DNA from: Antedon mediterranea
Lineage: Eukaryota > Animalia > Echinodermata
NCBI RefSeq assembly: GCF_964355755.1
Contig: NC_092679.1
Location: 18,211,432 to 18,275,431 of the forward strand
DNA: 64,000 bases
Direction of reading: 5' to 3'
Part shown: positions 45,189 through 59,100 of the stretch, in pieces
How the letters are laid out: each line of letters begins with the position of its first letter
How positions within the stretch are numbered: position 1 is the first letter of the stretch
Program-made: the position numbers and the translations under genes
Notes under the pieces: generated by a model
Seen by the model: the letters and a program-made list of their open reading frames with translations, nothing else
Told to the model about the DNA's origin: nothing
The model's database searches: none

Positions 45189-47140
45189 AGAAAGGCTAAG
45201 CAGGGAAGTATACGCATAATACCTCCCTGGGCTAACTAATTACAAATGCGCTATTATAATCACTAGCTGTTTAATTAAACCAAATACAAGAAAGTTAAAA
45301 ATGCAATTACTAGTTGTACGGCGATAGATATTTCCTCTATCTAAAAGCGGATCGTGTGACGTCACAAATAAATTAATTAGATACTGTCTATTAATGAATA
45401 TTCATACCACGATGTCCTTTGAAGGTTGCGTGTTTGCAACACCTGTCCAGGTACGCACATCATGAATAATTATTATTTACCAAGTTTGTGTTTAATAAGA
45501 TAGATAATTATACAGGTATTGTGTTCGCATTTCTTTTGCGATAAACGTGTTTCGTCATTAATATACGTTGCTCTTGTAACGCAACACTTACTAATTACCA
45601 GGGACCTAATTAATAAGGTTGATGATGTTCTGTGGTATTATACACACTACTCGTGAAAATCTAACCTAATTCCTTCATATTAAAGCATGCCGTTTTGATA
45701 AATATCATACCCGGTTATTACGATTAGGGAGGCCATGAGACGTGTGGGTGGGGAGTGCGGATAAATTCTATATTTTTTAAGTGACGTATTGTTTATTATC
45801 CTTTTTATGTATTTCTGCATTTTTGTATTGTAGGGGTCCTCATGAGACAAGCTACTGCTTCTAGTGGGGGCCCCAGTTGTCAAATAACTGAATAAATGTG
45901 TATAAATTAAGAATTACTGTTTGACAGTGTTTCACCTTTGCAGTGTTTTATAATCTTACAGTAGAACCTCCTTCTTTTCAGGGGACACCCTAAGGTGACC
46001 TCTCGTAAATCGAACAATGTCTTGTGACACTAGGCCAACTCCTACTCCCATGTAAGGAGACACTTTTTGGGTTCCGAAGTTGTCTCCCCCCCCCCCCCCA
46101 ATAAGGGGTTTAACTGCACTATAATACTAGTAAAATGCATTGTTGTTGTTTTCAGCTACTGTATTTATTTTGTTGTTGCTTTGCCAAATGAACTTTAGAA
46201 ACTAGAGTAGATTTATGGACAATAGCCAGGTTAGTGTGCAGGTTTAAATTTTCTATCAATAGTGTTTTGTTTTGATATTATCAATAGCAAAAAGCATTGT
46301 TGTTTTCCCATTTACCTTCTATTCATACGCAGTTATTTATTTTGTTATATTTGGTCCTAAATGAACTTTCAACTGGAGTACTGAAGTTGTTGACACTAGC
46401 TGGGTCAAGGTCAAGAGTATTGTTCTTTTGCAGCAACGTTGGTTTAATCCATGGTTTTACTAACAAACTTGATCACATGATATTGTTCAGCAGAACCCCT
46501 CGTTTTGGGAAACCCTCCTACTCAGGGGGATACCCATTTGTGACACTTCCCTGTGAATCAAATGAGGGGAATTTTGTATGGGTATCCCCGTAGGGTTTCT
46601 GTCAGTATGATGAAATTTGTTTCGTCGATGAATGAAACATAATTTTTTTTGCAAAATGTCGTAATGCCAAAAATAATGATAGGTCTGGACAATAACGCAT
46701 TAGTTATAATATAGCGATACATAGAATTGCATAATACATCTTTTAATCATTGTTGTTTACAGTGAATACAGATTTGTATTTTATAAATGTAAGCCTACTT
46801 TTGATAAAGATATCCAATCACATGACCAATTGTTAGTGCTGTTACCATAGTACAAGTGTTGTTGTATTATAATAAGCTTATTTTACATTTCTCCATTTAT
46901 TATTAGCCACTCCCTCAAATTATTGCATAAGGAACTTGTATGGTAACAGGAATCCGTGCATCTGATTGGTCGATGCACGTTCAGTTGGAATAAAGGGTTT
47001 TCCTTTGTGTTTGACAGTCATTTAACCTCTCACACAGCTGATCGTCAATACAGTATATTGTTTACAAAAATTGCGGAAGGCTTTAAGCCTATTATCATCT
47101 ATCTTTTGCAAAAAAAACTGTAGAAAATTCATCTTTAGCG

Positions 47141-50100
47141 ATGGAGTCGGACTCGTATATGAAAGAGAATCCACTGAGAGTGAAGAACACAAAGGGTTGG
47201 GTGATAACGGCGTGTACATTTCTTATAATTTTACCAGTAACTGGTGTCTTGAGCTGCTATGGTGTTATTCTGGTCGAGTTGCAACATGAGTACAAAGATC
47301 TTTCAGATACAAAAGCAGGTTTGTGGAACATTTAATTAATATTCGTGTAGAAGAAATATATATATATAATATGTTCGCATGCGAATAACGTTTTTAAATT
47401 TTATTTCAATACGGATGATTTTAGCAGATGTCCAGGAATTAGCTATATTATCAGTCTTTTTAGTTTTAGGCCTATAATAGTTTAATACGACTAATGTGCA
47501 TATTATGGTAGGCCCTACATGTGATTACACAGGTCATTTGACTGACCACCAGTGGATGGTCATAAATATTCATTCCTCCAGACTATTCCAGTGTCCACCA
47601 TGCTGCTACACCTGTAGGCCTAGGATGTCGAAATTCAGAACTGCATTGTGCAATCGTGTTCCTGTATGTTCACTACGATAAACCCACTGTCAACAAAATG
47701 ATTCTGTTGATATAGAATGCAATATATATTACCAGACTATTTGGCACCTCAAACATGTAATTAAACCAATACTAAATGTATACGATGTTAATATTGTTGG
47801 TACCCGTTTTGGGGCATTAATAGCCGCTTTTAGTATAAAGGTCATGCTTTCATTCAGGTAATATGGCAATGGGCAATGTTGTCGAACGTGTCATACATTA
47901 TATATAGGCCTATAGTACAGTAATACCCCCAATATTAACTGTATTATCGCCCCAATTATCGCAGTAGACATAGAATTTAAAAAGACTCGTGTACTTTACA
48001 ATGTGATTTTTTCATGAAATAATACTGTGTATGAGAGATGTTATTTAGTTATAATATATTATTAATATTATATTATTATATATTAATAATATATTAATAA
48101 TCAATGCTCCATAACAGTATTCTATGTGTTCTTCGTGGTAATGGACTTCTTTTGTACTGGTTCTTCATTCCTTATACAGTTGTACAGTACGTATTAAATT
48201 AAATACGTAGGAAAACAATTCGATACGAAGTGAATTAGTTAGCACAATATTCTCTAGTTTATTTGTTGTTTTTTCTGATCAACGAGCCTTTGTTCAATTT
48301 ATGTATGGTTCAATTCAATATATGCTGTATTACATTTCTAATAAACTCTTCTATTCCTTTTCTTAAATTAGTAATTTGGCACTCTAGCTTAGCATGCTTA
48401 CCAGTCCCAAGGTCTTAGGTTCAAAGCCTCTATTTATTCTATCCTATTCATAGCAACAGGATAATCTGTGGCTAAAGCACTGTCTACACTATCAAACTAG
48501 TTTGACAAAAAGATGTCAAAATTTGGTGTTGATGTGACATGATCACATTTTTTGTCACATAAAGTTCAATAGTGTAGACAAAGCTTTAAAACGTTAGTTT
48601 TTTTGTTAATCAATTAAATGTCCCCATACTGTAATTGGCAAGGTATAACTTGCAGATAAAAGATCTATTGTGTTGTGGTTACATAGTGCTGCGAATTCTT
48701 AATTAAATAATTAGTTAGACCTAATAATATGAATACGAAACAATTTGGTTTGTTAAAATTTGGAAAATAAAGATATCTGGTAAAAATGGAAGTAAACTCC
48801 ATTGGTTATGAATATTAAACAAAAATATATTCACTAGGCCTATATATTTCTGTATTTTAGACGATTAAATTCAATGTTGGCTATACTAGATGAAACAGAG
48901 GGAAGGATAGATCGGAGTAAAAAAAAACAAAGATACTGGCAACAAAAATGAATAATTTTTATTTCCATTAAAAATAATAATTAGGCCTAATTTACAAGCA
49001 TTCATACAGAATAATTAGAAGGAAGCCAATTTATACATTATTTCCACTTTATAATATTTTAATGTAATATTAATAACATTTGAGAAAAATAACATGTGAT
49101 GCAGAAAGTAACACTAAACAGTGTGTGTGAAACAACGTGACGAGTATGTTTTTATCACACGATACCTGTCAGGTGAAAGTGTCACCTTTCGTTTTAAAAG
49201 TTACCTAAGACCGTGTTCGTACGGCGATTGAAATACACGTTTATTTGGTTTTTACCCTTGGGGTAAAACCCATACGACGTTCGTACGAATAATCAAAGTA
49301 CCGGTAAGCTGACACGAAACCAATTAAGATCAGAATTCTTAGGTCAAAAAGCGCCCTCTGTGCGTCGACCCATATCAATTGACATGGCGTGTTGACATAT
49401 TCAACTGGATATTGCATGTCGTTTTGTGCGCAAATCGTTCAATTATTATTTTTCAATCGACAACCAGACCTATATATTTATAATACATCGAATACAATTT
49501 ATTTTTTAACTAAATAATGATCGAAAATCCTGCTAACGTATGTTGTTTGTTGACCACGTGTATTTATCGTGCGAGCCGAACTATTGTTGTGGAAATTCCA
49601 TTTAATGTACACGCATTGTACCCCTCTTGTAAAAATCACCACGTGTATTTATCGTGGGAGCCGAACTATTGTTGTAAAAATTCCATTTAATGTACACGCA
49701 CTGTACCCCTCTTGTAAAAATCACCACGTGTATTTATCGTGCAAGCCAAACTATTGTTGTGGAAATTCCATTTATTGTACACGCACTGTACCCCTCTTGT
49801 AAAAATCACCACGTGTATTTATCGTGGGAGCCGAACTATTGTTGTAAAAATTCCATTTAATGTACACGCACTGTACCCCTCTTGTAAAAATCACCACGTG
49901 TATTAATCGTGCGAGCCGAACGGTTGTTGTGGTAAAGTCACAGACACCAGGCTACCACAATACAGAACTCCTTGCCGTTACATGTACATTATAAGCCACC
50001 GATTCGCAAGTTCAGGTCACCGGAGAAAACCAACGAGTTGATTATTTACATATAATTTTACAAAACAATAGATATACATTTGCATTAACGAAAAAGAACA

Positions 50101-53100
50101 TTTTAAACAATAATTGCTAAACAATCAGAAAGCTTATTTGAGGTCGCGATTTGACATGACCCCGTTAACGCTTGATTAATTATACCCCGAGGCAGTGTGT
50201 AATTGGAATGGGATTGAAATAACCAGTAAAGTTGGTGGATTTTTCGTCCAGATGGTTTTCTAAATTTTTATAGCCAGGGGCGTAAGTTAATTGCCACACG
50301 CGACCTCACAGTTGGAAGTACACGGTAGTTTCAGCCCCGTCCGAACGGGCCCTTACAGTAACAAATATTATTTATTGCCCAATAGGGAAATCCTACTTAG
50401 CACAATCAACTGTAAACACACTGCTATTAATATCACTTCAACCGACCTTTTTTTTATACTTTTTTTGGAACATGGTAGTAATATTTTTCCTCAATAAATA
50501 TGTTGAGCCCAAAATAAAATTATTAATTTCTCCTGCTTTGGGAAATCTATCTATACAGTTAATCCAACTTTAACCTTCGACACATTCGGAGATCCAACAG
50601 GTGTTCCCCACCTGAATATGGGTGTCCCTCAAATAGGGTGTCCCCTGATGCAAAATGTCCCCTGAAAAGCGGTGTCCGGCTGGCTGTAGTGACAGGCTGT
50701 AGTGTTAAAAAAAGATGTTTACGGGAAAGTGTCACAAAGGGTTATAATGGTGTGTTATCAATCAGGTTAAAAAGCAACATAACATAAGTGTTTACCAGAG
50801 ACTTTATAGTAAGGAAACATTAAGAAATAGAATCCTGTATGTAGGTCGCATAGGATAATTCCATTGGCCTTTGACTCCAGCACAATGTAACGCGTTTTAT
50901 CGGAATTTAATCCCATCACTGATCCAGGATTATGACAAGCAAGACAATGTTTTTTGAAATCACAGGGTCTAGCATCGAATACCGTACAACAATTACGAGA
51001 TTGCTTGTTATGTTAGTGCTTTAAAAAACGGGATTTTTTGGTTCCCACGCAAGAAGCGCAGTGCAAGTGATTTAACCAATCACTACGCGGATGGATCCTG
51101 ACCCAATGTGTCGTGATTGGTCAAATTACAGTACTTGCGTTGCGCTTACGTCATTGTGCTGCGTCTGCGTTCAAGTTGAGATAATGACCACCATGCATGG
51201 GACCAAAGTTATCTTTTTTAGAGAGCGCTTATAAAAGGTTAAACAAAACGTCGCCCCGGTTGTCGCCGAAACTATCTAGAGATCCATTCAAGTAGACACA
51301 TAAAACATCATGATCGTACAGATACTGTCAACACGATTTTTGTTAGATAACTATTATGTGCCTGCTATATAAACAAAGAAAAGTATCTTTAGGAGATCTG
51401 AACCATCTTGAAATATAAAAATAAAATGTGTCGAAACTAGTGGACATAGGTAGCACACACGACAGACAGTTAACAGAATGATTATACGACATTTATAATG
51501 TAAACAATGTAAACCATATTATTATTCCCCATGCGTCTATCACGAAAGATGTTCGTGGGCTTATAACAAACACATTACCTCATTGTATTGAATATTGTAT
51601 ATCATAAACCGGTGGATTAAATACTATACAATGCTGTACATACACAGTTGACCTGTTGTTGACCTGGTAAGTTTCTAGATGATGCAATTCTACTACAAAG
51701 AAGACCGCCATCACGAGAGATTAAAGAATTATGAATTTTAAAAATGTTATGGTAAAATAAAGAAGTAGTGTTGTATATCCTAAACAATTCGCTATTCATG
51801 GTGACAGGCTGGTTTTCATATACCACTCTTACAAAATTGGGTAGTTGTAGGCCTACATTAGTACAGTACTTAAAGAAGCTTACTTCATGACCTCATTTAT
51901 TACGTCAAAAGATCCCAAATCATGCCACTGTGATAATGTACACACAAATATTGTAGGCCTAAAGACATCTGGTTTTATAAAGTTGTTGCGCAACAAAAAT
52001 TGTTATTTGGAAGTCTAACCGCAGCAGCCAGTAAAGCACATTATTTCATAATACCATGGATGTTAGATGATAGCATATCTTTTAATGTTTAGTATTCAAA
52101 TCCGGGCTAAAGATTGGTTCCCATCGGGGGTACGCAATGCACCCTCGGCCCAAGACATGTAATTTGACCAACCACAAGCAATAGATTATTCCAATTATTG
52201 CTTGTCATGTTCAATTTGCTTGCCTATTCTAACTACTGTATGTAAAGATATAATATTATGTAATGGTCCCTGTTGTTTTTGTCTTCAGTAATAAAATGTG
52301 AATAAATTGTTTCTTATGTGTCAACAACACATGTATTACGTATCAATCGTTCTCCTGTTTTAAGGAACAAATATTTCAACAAATCCGGAAAACGGATAAA
52401 ACGCGAGAGCAATCAGCTGTGTACGCAAATTATGTACAGAAAATCCAAGGTCATTAAATTGAATTGTTTTGTTTTGGTAGTTATAGTACATACAACAACA
52501 ATTATATTGTCACTGTTCTAAACTATGGAACGCCCAAAGCACGAAAAGCTTTGGCGCATTTGAGTTTGCCAAGGGGGGAAATGGTTCTGCCCTATCATAT
52601 TGACGTAGGAATAATTGACTGTATTAGGTACCGTACGACATGTGTGTTATTGTTTTTCAAGTACTACTGCCACTTTGGCCATTCCGATATGATCTAGCCA
52701 AAATACAAGGCTAGTACTAGTAGCGAAATGGCAAAATTAATGGTGCCTCTACTAATTCCATGCTCTATTCGTAATTAAGTGGCAAGTTGGTATTGTGCTA
52801 GTTTTGTTCTACTTGGCATTCCATACATTTTCCATTCTGGATATACTATACACAATTATAGCAGTCATGAATTATTTCCCGGAAGAATTCGATTTCTGAA
52901 AACTTAATCAATCGTTTATTTCCTTAATAAGCTATACTAGTGACAAGTTGGAAGGCCTATTGTTTAGTAGGCACGATGACAGCCATTATGATGTAATACG
53001 CCATGTAAACGGACGTCACTGAGGAAGCCTAGACGTTTTCCATCCGTCCAAGGTTTCTGAATGTTTTGACAACACTAGGGTTAATGACACTTTAAAAATT

Positions 53101-56100
53101 GCGTTCACACTGAGTGCGGATTGTGTGAACGTAGCTTTAAGTTGAATGCGTGCGTCTGCGCTAACGCAATCAAATCGACTCGCGCAGAGCAGTTGCTACA
53201 ATTAAGGAAGGATTGTGCATAGCGTCTTTCTTTTAATTTATGTATAGAGAAATGACATGCGCAGCGCAATTAGTACGTACATTGTTGTACTGTATTATTT
53301 ATTTTTAAATTATTATTTTATTTAAATTTAATCCATATATTTCACTTATGATAATGTAGTTGTATTTATTAATATTATGCGCCTAATTACCTGTCAACTA
53401 TTATGACGCAGGATCAGGGCTCTAACTAACAGCAGCCACAGAATACAGTAGTACAATAGTAAGCTATTATTTCTTTCTATGTAGGCCTACTAATGCATGA
53501 AACTACATACATCGACACAAACAAGTCGTCTACTACTACTAGAGTCTTTGGCAGGTCTTTAATTGAGGTCTTCTTCAGGACTTAGATCAAAGTCTTTTGA
53601 TTCTAAAATTTTCTCTCGCGTCAAAACGAGTCTGACAGTTACCATAACTGTAAACAAGTTAGCTCTATTTGTCCTAATCTTTCTTTAATATTTCTCCTTT
53701 TTTCTATCTTTACAGGATGGATCGGCAGCTTGGCATTCGGTATTATGTTTGCGTCATCTCCACTATCAACAGGTCTTTTCAAACGTTATAGCCACAGATT
53801 AGTAGCGATCATTGGTGTGCTGATGTGCTGTGCCGGTTTGGTGGCGTCATCGTTTGCGTACTCAGCAAATTTCCTCTTCTTCTCGTATAGTCTTGTTTTT
53901 GGAATCGGCAGCAACTTTGTCGACAATACATCTTTGCATTTGATCGGGGTGCATTTTCCAAGGAAAAACAGCGCTAGAGCGACCTGTTTTGCTACTTTGG
54001 GATGGAGTGTAGGTGGGTACAGTGCTTGATTTGTTGGCTTATTAGAAATTGTTAATTTTTATGACAAAGGGGGTTAGGCAAACTGAAACTATCTCTCGTT
54101 TTGGTTTTCTATCAGCCTAACCCACATTTAGTGTCTTATTGTTCCAATAATTTTTTTCTCCATGTTTTCACAAACAAATCCTTTTTTTACACATTTATAA
54201 AATTTTTTTTTTTCTTTTTACGTTCCTATGTGGTTCTTCCCACTAGAAGACGTTTTACAAGGACGTACGCGCAACGAAAATAATTAATTTGACCAATCAC
54301 ATGAAACAGTTCGGATAGTCCTTCGCTTCTGATTGGTCAAATTACCTGCGTTGCGTTCTAGTAGGAAACTAAACTTTAACGATTACTGTCCTCTCATGAA
54401 CCTGCGTGGCGATAACGTTACACTTTGTTTTAAAATGATTGCTTTGTTAGTGAATGATAGACAGTATTTCTAAGTTCTTTGTTGATTACGTCATTATCGA
54501 TAACTTTATTTATCATATTGAGGAATGGATAAGAATTTGGGTGACCTATTAAACTTTCGATGAGTAATTATAACGCTACAATATTCCCAAATCCTGTATG
54601 ATGGTACAGGCTATCTGCAGCTGTCATTAGGTACATCTTAACTGACTATCGCAAGTCATATAGAAGCCAGGTGTACGTTTAATAAACAAGTTATCTCTTG
54701 CGATAGTCGGTTCAGGTGGTCGACCTAAAGCTTGGTTCCCACTAGAACGTAACGCAAGGACGTAAACGCAACGCAAGCGTTTTAACCAATGACAAGCGGC
54801 GTTATAGACAGTTAGCAATCACAAGCGAATAAGCCATCGCTTGTGATTGGTCAATTCACTTGCGTTAGGTCCTTGTGTTGCGTCGCTAGTGGGAACCACG
54901 CTTTACGACAGCTGTAGAAGCGGGTGGCTGGTACAGTGACTGTGAGAACCTCGGTTTACGTATACACCTCAACAACAGTTTGTTGATGATATTTCTATTT
55001 GTCTTTACTGTACTTTTAGCCTTTTTTCTACACAATGATGATACCCTTTGAATTCATTAATAGTAGAGTTGCATATACCAGTGAAATGTATAGGCCTACA
55101 GTAGTACTCTCTATTCGTGTTAGAGGTTGCTGACAAAGAGATTAGTGTTTGCCTTGACCGGGCTAATGCACACTTTACACAGTTATGTTTAATATTATTT
55201 ACATTTGTAATAGTGAAAAACACGCCATGCCACTAGAGTCTCGTGACAAATTTAAAAAAGAAAGGTTTCTCTACAGCAATGTATTAGTAGACCATTGGTA
55301 TAACGTTGCAGTATTACGTAACACGCCTTAGCTGCTTCTGGTCTACTGGCAAGTCAATAAACAAGAAAAGCAAAGGCTGTAACGATATTATCAACTTTTG
55401 AACGCGCGCGTACATTCTTTGAGTAAACTTTACAGTGGTCACCTCTTTGTCCTGGACCTTAGTCCTGCCCTGGTTCTTATCTCTCGTAGAGTAAAAAATG
55501 GTAATTCATCAACACAAACAAACAAACTATTCTACAAGTTGTTAAGATAAACATATCCAGCTTATTCGGTACGTTAATTTTTCCTCGTACGTATAATAAA
55601 AGATTACAGTACATTTAAAGGAAATATTTGCATACAATACCCTGTAAAGCAGTCACTGACCTTTAAAAACCTATCAATCGTCGGCAACCAGCGGGCGTCA
55701 TCGCTATCTGTAAACTCATTCAATATCGTCAGCATTATTTTTTTTTCACACACCTGTAAATATAGTGTAATGACATAATATTGCGAAAGCGCAAGAAATA
55801 AACAATATTAATATAGTGTATATACGTAATACGATTATGATTTCACACATAGTTATAGGAATGTGTGAAATGAATTAAGTGACGACAACGAAATCAAGAT
55901 TTCACAATAATCGGCTACAATCACATTGCTAAAACGTGATACGCCAAACGATATTTTATAATGAAATAATCGGTGAATAGGCCAATGTTATTTATATTTT
56001 CGTTAGGTACCGTACATCTTGACAGACTATCGGAAGTCATATAGAACTCATGTGTATACGTTTAATACATCTTGCGATAGTAACGGCAGCTGCAGTATTA

Positions 56101-59100
56101 TTTAAAAAATGAAATAAACGGTGAATAGGCCAATGTTATTTACATTTCTTTACTTGTACACATTACTATAACATTAATAACCCAGACATTAACTCCCAGC
56201 TTCATTAACGTATGATTCCTGTGAGGTTTTCGTGGTCGCGACGTTTAGGTGTGAGACGTGAGTTCGCTTCCCCTCCATTTCAAGTTACATCGATGACTCG
56301 TCATATAAAGTAGACATACGAATATTATTATAATTAATAACAATGCTGTATTAACGGAACATTTTGCCGCCTTCTTGTTTTCACGTGAGCAGGTGTATTT
56401 ATTTATTCATAAGCAATATTTTCTTAAAGTACCGTATACATACAGAATATAGTGCGACCTTAGTGTGACCCTCAGCCTCTCTTATGTCATAATGATATCG
56501 TAGTCAGTGACGAAATGAGCAAACGCGCACGTCGACGAGCAGAGGCGCGCGAGCTTTACAATCAAATTTCGATCCAACATTATGCTCTGTCTACACTATC
56601 AAACTTTATGTTGACATGATGATGTCATATCACTACCATATTTAAGCACATCACTACCATATTTGGGCACATCACTTTTTTTTTTATCAAACTAGTTTGA
56701 TAGTGTAGTCAGAGCTTTACACACAGTCGATTTTATTTTTTTTTAAGTCTTAAAAGGTATAATATACATTTTGTATTAATATAAAGGCTGTAGGCCTATT
56801 GTTATTTATGATTAGATATTGTTATGTACGGTATACACCTCCTCCAAATGCCTAAATTCATGTCTGTTGTTCCTCGCTGGTTGTCCTAACTAACTCTATG
56901 TTTTTTTATTATGTGACTAGGCCTACGACATATTTTACACAGTATTAATAATTTACAATTTCTGTTTCAGGTGCTCTTGCTATGAACCCATTGGCTGAAA
57001 TTCTTTGCTCAAAATACGGATGGCGTTGGACATGGCGAATATTTGGCGCGTTTACCTTTGTGGTTGGAATTTTGGTTGTAGCGTTCGAACCGAGGACTGC
57101 TCATGGATTTTCCGCGCTGGACGATGACTGTAAAAAACCTGAAACGGAAATTATGGTTGTATCGTCGACAGACGAGAAGAAGCGCCCGTTGGCGCGAAAA
57201 CCAAATCACCAGCAGACGACAACCGAGTATATTAAGACATTTATGAAAGCCCTCCAAGCGCCTGGCATCATATTGTGGTTCATGGGCAACATCTTTTTAA
57301 ATCTTTCGCTCATTTTTCCTTTTGTTAATATGGTATGTATATTTATTGTTTAAAAACACATTCGTTCTATTTCTTAAATTCTCATTTTAGGAAAATTGGC
57401 AAGGATAACCACAAGTGAATTCATTCACTATCCTTCTTAAAGGTGCGTTCACAAGACAAACATACACAAGATGCTCTATAATCATAATGGGAGTGGAGTT
57501 GCAAATTGGCATGAGAAAAAATCCTGACATATGACAGGACTTGAACCCATTATGTCTACAGTTCAGAAATGAGTGGCATATTGAATAATTGATTCTTGTT
57601 TTATAAAATAAGTAATTTGGTCAGTAATGTTACGAAATTGACTGCCTGAAACTATTAAATGTGATGTTTAACCACACAAGAAAAAGGGAAACAAAATAGT
57701 CATGGATAATTTATGCAAAATGAAATTAAGACGAACCCGCAAAAGACAAAAGAAAATAAACTTTCCAAAATTCAAACACACAAGGACCGACTGACAAGCA
57801 GACAGAAACTGTAATTCACCGTTAATTGAAAGAATGCCAAACATTGTTAAATACCGGTAGTGATGTAACGCACATTCAGGAATCAATTTATTATTGCATT
57901 GTGGTTAATTAAACTTGTTAATTCGGAAATAATTAATCATATAAGCTTATACTGCTTTGTTTGGTTATTGAGTTAACATGCATTTATGCGAAATTCCTTT
58001 TTGTAATATCACAGAATGTTGGAACAGAATACAACTTATTGTCTGAAATCAGTGTAAACATTTGCCAAGTGACCGTGTCCCTATTGCCAAATCCCAGTAC
58101 AAATTAACTTAATTTGTATGCCTAACACTGTTTTAAACATTTTCTCCAAAGTGTCAACAATTTCGAAATGCGTATTGAAATTGTTACCTGAATTAATCTC
58201 ATCAGCCAGACTTTTAACTGTCTGGATTTTTGAAATTCATATAATTTTGAATCATAAAAGAGAATTTAAAATAGTTTTTACTTCTTTTCTTTGTGGTAAT
58301 CGGTGGTATTACGGTAGTCAAATTAATCGGTATAGAATTGTTAAGCGACAAATAAAATCCACGACTTGGCAAAATTGCGATTCAAGTAAAGTCTGAAAAC
58401 AAAATGTTTTACAATAATTATATTAGTTTTCATTTCCATTGCTTCGTATTCTTCTGCAAAAAAAAAAAAAAAAAAAAATTATATCGATCACGGTACCTAT
58501 AGGCCTAGATTCTAATTGACCAAAGAATCCTTGATTTTAAAAATGTGTGTTAGAGAAAATATATTAATTAAGACAAAAAAATCTTCATTATTAGGCCTAT
58601 ATGAAGTCTGTTTTGAGTTCCTAATTTTGTAATACTCTATTATTTATATATTTTGTATCTGTGTTTTGAGGATTCACTATAAGTTATGATTTCATTTAGG
58701 CTCCTCCGCTTTATTTAAGTTATTAGTAAAGTGAAATAAATAAAATTAAATGTTCTGAATGAAATTTTAAACTACAGTATAAATATTTGAAAGTTTGGTG
58801 ATCAAATCATAGCAACGGGCACCGTGAAATACGTGCGCGGAAATTGTGTTTTATATTCCACCCGATTTCCAGTGCTGTATCTCCACATACTATATATTTC
58901 CAAAGTATCATAGGATTATTTGGTAATACAGTATCTCATTTATACCACATGTGGTGCCTGTATTATGTAAGATTAAGGGTTAGGTTACTGCTATAATGTG
59001 ATGTTGTATTACTATTAATAAATATTCCTATGCTATTTCGGAAATAGATACATACACACAGTACCGAGAATCAGCTGTATATTCAGTGCTATGCATGACT

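Noticed and set aside
49554-49932. Possible CRISPR-like array (also considered for 1510-2193)
   Set aside because: Whole units repeat with no unique spacers, there are no cas genes, and the context is eukaryotic.
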